NCBI GenBank assembly: GCA_964016885.1
Contig: OZ024744.1
Coordinates: forward strand, 124,620,001-124,684,000
DNA from: Eledone cirrhosa
Taxonomy: Eukaryota
Direction: 5' to 3'
DNA: 64,000 nucleotides
A model generated the notes under the pieces. That model ran no database searches, was not told the DNA's origin, and saw only the letters and a list, made by a program, of their open reading frames with translations. Below are positions 12,104 through 22,729 of the stretch, piece by piece (position 1 is the first letter of the stretch; every line of letters starts with the position of its first letter). The translations under genes and the position numbers were made by a program.

Positions 12104-13702
12104 AACCCCAACTTAACCTAACCCCAACTTAACTTAACCCAAACTTAATTTAACCCCAGCTTAACTTATCCCCAACTTAATTTATCCTCAACTTAACTTA
12201 TCCCCAACTTAACTTAACCCCAACTTAAATTAACCCCAACTTAACTTAACCCCAACTTAACTTAACCCCAACTTGACTTAACCCCAACTTAACTGAACCC
12301 CAACTTAACTTAACCCCAACTTAAATTAACCCCAACTTAACTTAAACTAAACTTAACTAACCCCAACTTAACTTAACCTCAACTTAACTTAACCCCAACT
12401 TAACTTAAACCCAACTTAACTTAACCCCAATTTAACTTATCCCCAACTTAACTTATCCCCAACTTAACCTAACCCAAACTTAACTTCACCCCAACTTAAC
12501 TTAACCCCAACTTAATTTAACCCCAACTTAACTTAACCCTAACTTAACTTAACACCGACTTAACTTAACCCCGACTTAACTTAAGCCCAACTTAACTTAA
12601 CCCCAACTTAACTTAACCCCAACTTTACTTAACCCCAACTTAATTTAACCCCAACTTAACCCAAACTTAACTTAACCCCAACTTAACTAAACCCCAACTT
12701 AACTTAACCCCAACTTAACTTAACCCCAACTTAATTTAACCCCAACTTAACTTAAACCCAACTTAACTTAACCCCAACTTAACTTATCCCCAACTTAACT
12801 TATTCCCAACTTAACCTAACCCAAACTTAACTTAACCCCAACTTAACTTAACCCCAACTTAATTTAACCCCAACTTAACTTAACCTCAACTTAACTGAGA
12901 CCCAACTTAACTTACCCCCAACTTAACTTAACCCCAACTTAACTTAACCCCAACTTAACTTAGACCCAACTTAACTTAGCCCCAACTTAACTTAAACCCA
13001 AATTAACTTAGCCCTAACTTAACTTAGCCCCAACTTAACTTAAACCCAACTTAACTTAACCCCAACTTAACTTAACCCCAACTTAACTTATCCCCAACTT
13101 AACTCAAACCCAAGTTAACTTAACCTCAATTTAACTTAACCGCAACTTAGCTTAACCCCAACTTAACTTAACCCCAACCTAAATTAACCCCAACTTAACT
13201 TAACCCCAACTTAAGTTAACCCCAACTTAACTTAACCCCAACTTAACTCAGCCCCAACTTAACTTAGCCCCAACTTGAATTAACCCCAACTTAACTCAAC
13301 CCCAACTTAACTTAAACCCAACTTAAATTAACCCCAACTTAACTTAACCCCAACTTAACTTATCCCCAACTTAACTCAAACCCAAGTTAACTTAACCTCA
13401 ATTTAACTTAACCCCAACTTATCTTAACCCCAACTTAACTTAACCCCAACCTAAATTAACCCCAACTTAACTTAACCCCAACTTAAGTTAACCCCAACTT
13501 AACATAACCCCAACTTAAATTAACCCTAACTTAACTTAACCCCAACTTAACTTAACCCCAACTTCACTCAACCCCAACTTAACTTACACCCAACTTAACT
13601 TAACCCCAACTTAACCCCAACTTAACTTAACCCCAACTTAACTTACCCCCAACTTAACTTACCCCCAACTTAACTTAACCCCAACTTAACTTAACTCCGA
13701 CT

Positions 13703-13820
13703 TTGGGGTTAAGTTAAGTTGGGGTTAAGTTAAGTTGAGGTTAAGTCAAGTTGGGGTTAAGTTAAGTTGGGGTTAAGTTAAGTTGGGGTTAAGTTAAGTC
13801 GGGGTTAAGTTAAGTCGGGG
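13703..13820 (-). repeat. Inverted island 6 (type A), truncated by AT-rich island 1
   Basis: AACTCCGACTTTGGGG entry. Ends AAGTCGGGG|TAATTTG with no palindromic exit. Confidence 0.95.
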
Positions 13821-16678
13821 TAATTTGAAAAACCTAAAAAAAATTGATTATATAAGGTATTTCGAAAAATCTAAAAAAAATCAATATTTGAAATCAGATA
13901 TAAATATTTCTAAAAACGTAAAAAAATTGATTATATAAGATTTTTCGAAAAAACATAAAAAAAATTGATTATATAAGGTTTTTCGAAAAACCTAAAAAAA
14001 ATTGATTATATAAGGTTTTTTGAAAAACCTAAACAAAATTGATTATATAAGGTTTTTCTAAAAACGTAAAAAAATTGATTATATAAGATTTTTCGAAAAA
14101 ACCTAAAAAAAATTGATTATATAAGGTTTTTTCGAAAAACCTAAAAAAAATTGATTATATAAAGTTTTCGAAAGACCTAAAAAAATTGATTATCTAAGCT
14201 TTTTCGAAAAATATAAAAAAATCAATACATGAAATCAGATATAGATATTTCTAAAAGTACAAAAAAATTGATTATATAGGGTTTTCGAAAAACCTAAAAA
14301 AATCAATATTTAAAATCAGATATAAATATTTCTAAAAGTATAAAAAAATTGATTATATAATGTTTTCGAAAAAAAATTAATATGAGTTTTTCAAATTGCG
14401 TTTTTCGAAATATTAACTTCTGATTTCGACAACTGATTTTTTAGGTTTTTCGAGAAAAATTTAATCTGCAAAATTTGAAACTAGAAAGTAAATATTTCAA
14501 AAGATTTGTAAAACCATTAATTTTTTACGTTTTTTTTTAAAAAATCAAAAAAACGTAAAAAGATTAATGCAGAAGTATATATTTCGACTATGAACTCAAA
14601 TTTATTCTTTTTCGAAAAACCTAAAAAAAATTGATTATATAAGATTTTGTCGGAAAAGCTAAAAAAATCAATATTTGAAATCAGATTAAAAAAATTGATT
14701 ATATAAAGTAATTTGAAAAACCTAAAAAAATTTGATTATATAAGGTATTTCGAAAAACCTAAAAAAAAATCAATATTTGAAATCAGATATAAATATTTCT
14801 AAAAGTATAAAAAAATTGATTATATAATAAGTTTTCGAAAAAAAATTAATATGAGTTTTTCAAATTGCGTTTTTCGAAATATTAACTTCTGATTTCGACA
14901 ACTGATTTTTTTAGGTTTTTCGAGAAAAATTTAATCTGCAAAATTTGAAACTAGAAAGTAAATATTTCAAAAGATTTGTAAAAGCATTAATTTTTTACGT
15001 TTTTTTAAAAAAAATCAAAAAAACGTAAAAAGATTAATGCAGAAGTATATATTTCGACTATGAACTCAAATTCATTCTTTTTCGAAAAACCTAAAAAAAA
15101 TTGATTATATAAGATTTTGTCGAAAAAGCTAAAAAAATCAATATTTGAAATCAGATAAAAAAAATTGATTATATAATCAATTTTTTTTAGGTTTTTCAAA
15201 TTACCTTATGGTTATTTGAAAAACCTAAAAAAAATTGATTATATAAGGTATTTCGAAAAATCTAAAAAAAATCAATATTTGAAATCAGATATAAATATTT
15301 CTAAAAATGTAAAAAAATTGATTATATAAGATTTTTTGAAAAAACAAAAAAAATTGATTATATAAGGTTTTTCGAAAAACCTAAAAAAAATTGATTATAT
15401 AAGGTTTTTTGAAAAACCTAAAAGAAATTGATTATATAAGTTTTTTCTAAAAACGTAAAAAAATTGATTATATAAGATTTTTCGAAAAAACCTAAAAAAA
15501 TTGATTATATAAGGTTTTTTCGAAAAACCTAAAAAAAAATTGATTATATAAGGTTTTCGAAAGACCTAAAAAAATTGATTATCTAAGCTTTTTCGAAAAA
15601 TATAAAAAAATCAATACATGAAATCAGATATAGATATTTCTAAAAGTACAAAAAAATTGATTATATAGGGTTTTCGAAAAACCTAAAAAAATCAATATTT
15701 GAAATCAGATATAAATATTTCTAAAAGTATAAAAAAATTGATTATATAATAAGTTTTCGAAAAAAAATTAATATGAGTTTTTCAAATTGCGTTTTACGAA
15801 ATATTAACTTCTGATTTCGACAACTGATTTTTTAGGTTTTTCGAGAAAAATTTAATCTGCAAAATTTGAAACTAGAAAGTAAATATTTCAAAAGATTTGT
15901 AAAAGCATTAATTTTTTACGTTTTTTTAAAAAAAATCAAAAAAACGTAAAAAGATTAATGCAGAAGTATATATTTCGACTATGAACTCCAATTCATTCTT
16001 TTTCGAAAAACCTAAAAAAAATTGATTATATAAGATTTTGTCGAAAAAGCTAAAAAAATCAATATTTGAAATCAGATAAAAAAAATTGATTATATAAAGT
16101 AATTTGAAAAACCTAAAAAAAATTGATTATATAAGGTATTTCGAAAAACCTAAAAAAAAATCAATATTTGAAATCAGATATAAATATTTCTAAAAGTATA
16201 AAAAAATTGATTATATAAGGTCTTTCTAAAAACGTAAAAAAATTGATTATATAAGATTTTTCGAAAAATCTAAAAAAAATTGATTATCGAAAAACCTAAA
16301 AAATCCAATATTTGAAATCAGATATAAATATTTCTAAAAGTATAAAAAAATTAATTATATAAGGTTTTTCGAAAAACCTAAAAAAATCTGATTATATAAG
16401 GTTTTTCTAAAAACCTAAAAATATTTGATTATGAAAATTGAATTGATTCGAAAAACCTAAAAAAAATTGATTATATAACATTTTTCGAAAAACGTAAAAA
16501 AAATTGATTATTCCAAAAACCTAATAAAATCAATATTTGAAATCAGATATAAATATTTCTAAAAGTATTAAAAAATTGATTATATAAGGTTTTTCGAAAA
16601 ACCTAAAAAAATTGATTATATAAGGTGTTTCGAAGAACCTAAAAAAAAATGATTATATAAGGTTTTCGAAAAACCTAA
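13821..16678. repeat. AT-rich composite repeat island, copy 1 (~37-bp units plus three ~240-bp modules)
   Basis: Abrupt switch to units like CGAAAAACCTAAAAAAAATTGATTATATAAGGTTTTT, interspersed with ATCAATATTTGAAATCAGATATAAATATTTCTAAAA. A module starting TATGAGTTTTTCAAATTGCG occurs at 14381, 14850 and 15772. Confidence 0.95.
15156..15245. other. Overlapping 34-bp perfect palindrome (15156-15189) and ~36-bp-arm inverted repeat with 4-nt loop (15170-15245); second copy at 21207-21296
   Basis: TAAAAAAAATTGATTAT|ATAATCAATTTTTTTTA, and TATATAATCAATTTTTTTTAGGTTTTTCAAATTACC-TTAT-GGTTATTTGAAAAACCTAAAAAAAATTGATTATATA (one mismatch). Confidence 0.92.
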
Positions 16679-19600
16679 CTTAACCCCATCTTAACGCAAA
16701 CCCAAAGTTATCTTAATCTCAATTTAACTGAACCCCAACTTAAATTAACCCCAACTTAACTTAACCCCAACTTAAGTTAACCCCAACTTAACTTAACCCC
16801 AACTTAACTCAACCCCAACTTAACTCAACCCCAACTTAACTTAACCCCAAGTTAACTTAACCTGAACTGAACTTAACACCAACTTAACTTAACCCCAACT
16901 TAAATTAACCCCAACTCTCCTTAACCCCAACTTAACTTAACCCCACTTAACATAACCCCAACTTATATTAACCCTAACTTAACTTAACCCCAACTTAACT
17001 TAACCCCAACTTCAGTCAACCCCAACTTAACGTACACCCAACTTAACTTAACCCCAACTTAAGTTAACCCCAACTTAACTTAACCCCAAATTAACTCAAC
17101 CCCAACTTAACTCAACCCCAACTTAACTTAACCCCAACTTATCTTAACCCCAACTTAATTTAACCCTAACTTAACTTAACCCCAACTGAACCCAACTTAA
17201 CTTAACCCCAACTTAACTTACCCCCAACTTAACTTACCATCAACTTAACTTACCCCCAACTTAACTTAACCCCAAATTAACTTAACCCCAACTTAACTTA
17301 ACCCCATCTTAACTTACACCCAACTTAACTTACCCCCAACTTAACTTACCCCCAACTTAACTTAACCCCAACTTAACTCAACTCCAACTTAACTTAACTC
17401 CAACTTAACTTAACCACAACTTAATTTAACCCCAACTTAACTTAACCCCAACTTAATTTAACCCCAACTTAATTTAACCCCAACTTAACTTAACCCCAAC
17501 TTAATTTAACCCCAACTTAAATTAACCCCAACTTAACTTAACCCCAACTTAACTTAACCCCAACTTAACTTAACCCCAACTTAACTTAACCGCAACTTAA
17601 CTTAACCCCAACTTCACTCAACCCCAACTTAACTTAACCCCAATTTAAATTAACCCCAACTTAACTTAACCCCAAATTAACATAACCACCACTTAAATTA
17701 ACCCCAACTTAACCCCAACTTAACTTAACCCCAACTTAACACCAACTTAACTTAACCCCAACTTAAATTAACCCCAACTCTACTTAACCCCAACTTAACT
17801 TAACCCCAACTTCAGTCAACCCCAACTTAACTTACACCCAACTTAACTTAACCCCAACTTAATTGATCCCCAACTTAACTTAACCCCAACTTAATTTAAA
17901 CCCAACTTAAGTTAACCCCAACTTAACTTAACCCCAAATTAACTCAACCCCAACTTAACTCAACCCCAACTTAACTTAACCCCAACTTATCTTAACCCCA
18001 ACTTAACTTAACCCCAACTTAACTTAACTCCAACTTAACTTAACCCCAACTTAACATAACCACCACTTAACTTAACCCCAACTTAACTCAACCCCAACTT
18101 AACTTAACCCTAACTTAACTTAACCCCAACTTAACCCAACTTAACTTAACCCCAACTTAACCCAACTTAACTTAACCCCAACTTAACTTACCCCCAACTT
18201 AACTTACCACCAACTTAACTTACCCCCAACTTAACTTAACCCCAACTTAACTTAACCCCAACTTAAAACAACCCCAACTTAAATTAACCCCAACTTAACT
18301 TAACCCCAACTTAACTTAACACCAACTTAACTTACCCCCAACTTAACTTACCCCCAACTTAATTTAACCCCACCTTAATTTAACCCCAACTTAATTTAAC
18401 CCCAACTTAACTTAAACCCAACTTAACTTAACCCCAACTTAACTTAACCCCAACTTAACTTAACCCCAACTTCACTCAACCCCAACTTAACTTAACCCCA
18501 ACTTAACTTAACTCCAACTTAACTTAACCACAAAGTTAACTTAACCCCAATTTAAATTAACCCCAACTTAACTTAACCCCAACTTAACATAACCACCACT
18601 CAACTTAACCCCAACTTAACCCCAACTTAACTTAACCCCAACTTAACACCAACTTAACTTAACCCCAACTTAAATTAACCCCAACTCTACTTAACCCCAA
18701 CTTAACTTAACCCCAACTTAACATAACCCCAACTTAACTAAACCCCAACTTAACTTAACCCCAACTTAACTTAACCCCAACTTAATTTAACCCCAACTTA
18801 ACTTAAACCCAACTTAACTTAACCCCAACTTAACTTATCCCCAACTTAACTTATTCCCAACTTAACCTAACCCAAACTTAACTTAACCCCAACTTAACTT
18901 AACCCCAACTTAATTTAACCCCAACTTAACTTAACCTCAACTTAACTGAGACCCAACTTAACTTACCCCCAACTTAACTTAACCCCAACTTAACTTAACC
19001 CCAACTTAACTTAGACCCAACTTAACTTAGCCCCAACTTAACTTAAACCCAAATTAACTTAGCCCTAACTTAACTTAGCCCCAACTTAACTTAAACCCAA
19101 CTTAACTTAACCCCAACTTAACTTAACCCCAACTTAACTTATCCCCAACTTAACTCAAACCCAAGTTAACTTAACCTCAATTTAACTTAACCGCAACTTA
19201 GCTTAACCCCAACTTAACTTAACCCCAACCTAAATTAACCCCAACTTAACTTAACCCCAACTTAAGTTAACCCCAACTTAACTTAACCCCAACTTAACTC
19301 AGCCCCAACTTAACTTAGCCCCAACTTGAATTAACCCCAACTTAACTCAACCCCAACTTAACTTAAACCCAACTTAAATTAACCCCAACTTAACTTAACC
19401 CCAACTTAACTTATCCCCAACTTAACTCAAACCCAAGTTAACTTAACCTCAATTTAACTTAACCCCAACTTATCTTAACCCCAACTTAACTTAACCCCAA
19501 CCTAAATTAACCCCAACTTAACTTAACCCCAACTTAAGTTAACCCCAACTTAACATAACCCCAACTTAAATTAACCCTAACTTAACTTAACCCCAACTTA

Positions 19601-19871
19601 ACTTAACCCCAACTTCACTCAACCCCAACTTAACTTACACCCAACTTAACTTAACCCCAACTTAACCCCAACTTAACTTAACCCCAACTTAACTTACCCC
19701 CAACTTAACTTACCCCCAACTTAACTTAACCCCAACTTAACTTAACTCCGACTTTGGGGTTAAGTTAAGTTGGGGTTAAGTTAAGTTGAGGTTAAGTCAA
19801 GTTGGGGTTAAGTTAAGTTGGGGTTAAGTTAAGTTGGGGTTAAGTTAAGTCGGGGTTAAGTTAAGTCGGGG
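16679..19871. repeat. 16-bp satellite array, segment 2 (between the two AT-rich islands)
   Basis: Same monomer resumes at ...GAAAAACCTAA|CTTAACCCCATC and runs to ...AAGTCGGGG|TAATTTG. Confidence 0.97.
19754..19871 (-). repeat. Inverted island 7 (type A), truncated by AT-rich island 2
   Basis: Copy of island 6 at +6051. Confidence 0.95.
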
Positions 19872-22729
19872 TAATTTGAAAAACCTAAAAAAAATTGATT
19901 ATATAAGGTATTTCGAAAAATCTAAAAAAAATCAATATTTGAAATCAGATATAAATATTTCTAAAAACGTAAAAAAATTGATTATATAAGATTTTTCGAA
20001 AAAACATAAAAAAAATTGATTATATAAGGTTTTTCGAAAAACCTAAAAAAAATTGATTATATAAGGTTTTTTGAAAAACCTAAACAAAATTGATTATATA
20101 AGGTTTTTCTAAAAACGTAAAAAAATTGATTATATAAGATTTTTCGAAAAAACCTAAAAAAAATTGATTATATAAGGTTTTTTCGAAAAACCTAAAAAAA
20201 ATTGATTATATAAAGTTTTCGAAAGACCTAAAAAAATTGATTATCTAAGCTTTTTCGAAAAATATAAAAAAATCAATACATGAAATCAGATATAGATATT
20301 TCTAAAAGTACAAAAAAATTGATTATATAGGGTTTTCGAAAAACCTAAAAAAATCAATATTTAAAATCAGATATAAATATTTCTAAAAGTATAAAAAAAT
20401 TGATTATATAATGTTTTCGAAAAAAAATTAATATGAGTTTTTCAAATTGCGTTTTTCGAAATATTAACTTCTGATTTCGACAACTGATTTTTTAGGTTTT
20501 TCGAGAAAAATTTAATCTGCAAAATTTGAAACTAGAAAGTAAATATTTCAAAAGATTTGTAAAACCATTAATTTTTTACGTTTTTTTTTAAAAAATCAAA
20601 AAAACGTAAAAAGATTAATGCAGAAGTATATATTTCGACTATGAACTCAAATTTATTCTTTTTCGAAAAACCTAAAAAAAATTGATTATATAAGATTTTG
20701 TCGGAAAAGCTAAAAAAATCAATATTTGAAATCAGATTAAAAAAATTGATTATATAAAGTAATTTGAAAAACCTAAAAAAATTTGATTATATAAGGTATT
20801 TCGAAAAACCTAAAAAAAAATCAATATTTGAAATCAGATATAAATATTTCTAAAAGTATAAAAAAATTGATTATATAATAAGTTTTCGAAAAAAAATTAA
20901 TATGAGTTTTTCAAATTGCGTTTTTCGAAATATTAACTTCTGATTTCGACAACTGATTTTTTTAGGTTTTTCGAGAAAAATTTAATCTGCAAAATTTGAA
21001 ACTAGAAAGTAAATATTTCAAAAGATTTGTAAAAGCATTAATTTTTTACGTTTTTTTAAAAAAAATCAAAAAAACGTAAAAAGATTAATGCAGAAGTATA
21101 TATTTCGACTATGAACTCAAATTCATTCTTTTTCGAAAAACCTAAAAAAAATTGATTATATAAGATTTTGTCGAAAAAGCTAAAAAAATCAATATTTGAA
21201 ATCAGATAAAAAAAATTGATTATATAATCAATTTTTTTTAGGTTTTTCAAATTACCTTATGGTTATTTGAAAAACCTAAAAAAAATTGATTATATAAGGT
21301 ATTTCGAAAAATCTAAAAAAAATCAATATTTGAAATCAGATATAAATATTTCTAAAAATGTAAAAAAATTGATTATATAAGATTTTTTGAAAAAACAAAA
21401 AAAATTGATTATATAAGGTTTTTCGAAAAACCTAAAAAAAATTGATTATATAAGGTTTTTTGAAAAACCTAAAAGAAATTGATTATATAAGTTTTTTCTA
21501 AAAACGTAAAAAAATTGATTATATAAGATTTTTCGAAAAAACCTAAAAAAATTGATTATATAAGGTTTTTTCGAAAAACCTAAAAAAAAATTGATTATAT
21601 AAGGTTTTCGAAAGACCTAAAAAAATTGATTATCTAAGCTTTTTCGAAAAATATAAAAAAATCAATACATGAAATCAGATATAGATATTTCTAAAAGTAC
21701 AAAAAAATTGATTATATAGGGTTTTCGAAAAACCTAAAAAAATCAATATTTGAAATCAGATATAAATATTTCTAAAAGTATAAAAAAATTGATTATATAA
21801 TAAGTTTTCGAAAAAAAATTAATATGAGTTTTTCAAATTGCGTTTTACGAAATATTAACTTCTGATTTCGACAACTGATTTTTTAGGTTTTTCGAGAAAA
21901 ATTTAATCTGCAAAATTTGAAACTAGAAAGTAAATATTTCAAAAGATTTGTAAAAGCATTAATTTTTTACGTTTTTTTAAAAAAAATCAAAAAAACGTAA
22001 AAAGATTAATGCAGAAGTATATATTTCGACTATGAACTCCAATTCATTCTTTTTCGAAAAACCTAAAAAAAATTGATTATATAAGATTTTGTCGAAAAAG
22101 CTAAAAAAATCAATATTTGAAATCAGATAAAAAAAATTGATTATATAAAGTAATTTGAAAAACCTAAAAAAAATTGATTATATAAGGTATTTCGAAAAAC
22201 CTAAAAAAAAATCAATATTTGAAATCAGATATAAATATTTCTAAAAGTATAAAAAAATTGATTATATAAGGTCTTTCTAAAAACGTAAAAAAATTGATTA
22301 TATAAGATTTTTCGAAAAATCTAAAAAAAATTGATTATCGAAAAACCTAAAAAATCCAATATTTGAAATCAGATATAAATATTTCTAAAAGTATAAAAAA
22401 ATTAATTATATAAGGTTTTTCGAAAAACCTAAAAAAATCTGATTATATAAGGTTTTTCTAAAAACCTAAAAATATTTGATTATGAAAATTGAATTGATTC
22501 GAAAAACCTAAAAAAAATTGATTATATAACATTTTTCGAAAAACGTAAAAAAAATTGATTATTCCAAAAACCTAATAAAATCAATATTTGAAATCAGATA
22601 TAAATATTTCTAAAAGTATTAAAAAATTGATTATATAAGGTTTTTCGAAAAACCTAAAAAAATTGATTATATAAGGTGTTTCGAAGAACCTAAAAAAAAA
22701 TGATTATATAAGGTTTTCGAAAAACCTAA
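19872..22729. repeat. AT-rich composite repeat island, copy 2 (offset +6051 from copy 1)
   Basis: Same junctions and internal sequence as 13821-16678. The ORF track shows an identical spurious 64-aa ORF at exactly +6051. Confidence 0.95.

Larger units (their letters stand above)
1..13820. repeat. 16-bp telomere-like satellite array, segment 1 (consensus AACTTAACTTAACCCC), continues off the left edge
   Basis: Continuous head-to-tail AACTT-AACTT-AACCCC monomers with scattered point variants and occasional 10/11/15/17-bp monomers. Mostly C-rich on +, with short inverted islands. Confidence 0.98.

Noticed and set aside
13845-14340. TATATAA TATA boxes and TTCGAA heat-shock-like elements
   Set aside because: Intrinsic to the repeat unit with no downstream gene. 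TTCGAA lacks the nTTCnnGAAn spacing of a heat-shock element.
15005-15199. 64-aa minus-strand ORF
   Set aside because: Starts at TTG inside the miniature inversion and lies wholly in tandem AT repeats. The F/K/I/N-rich composition simply reflects A/T tracts. No recognisable domain.
13821-16678. CRISPR-like array (~37-bp partly palindromic repeats)
   Set aside because: Units are directly adjacent and degenerate, with no unique spacers, leader or cas genes.
13821-16678. AT island as a transposon insertion (piggyBac at TTAA, Helitron at CTAG, or MITE)
   Set aside because: No TSD, terminal inverted repeats or transposase. The CTAG in the module is internal and lacks an upstream GC-rich hairpin. 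A TE-derived origin cannot be fully excluded without a database search.
13703-16800. AT island as a telomere-capped mini-chromosome or de novo telomere addition product
   Set aside because: Polarity is wrong. Capping needs C-rich on the left and G-rich on the right of the + strand, and here it is G-rich left and C-rich right.
21056-21250. Second identical 64-aa ORF
   Set aside because: Passive copy within the 6051-bp duplication. Identity is not evidence of coding constraint.
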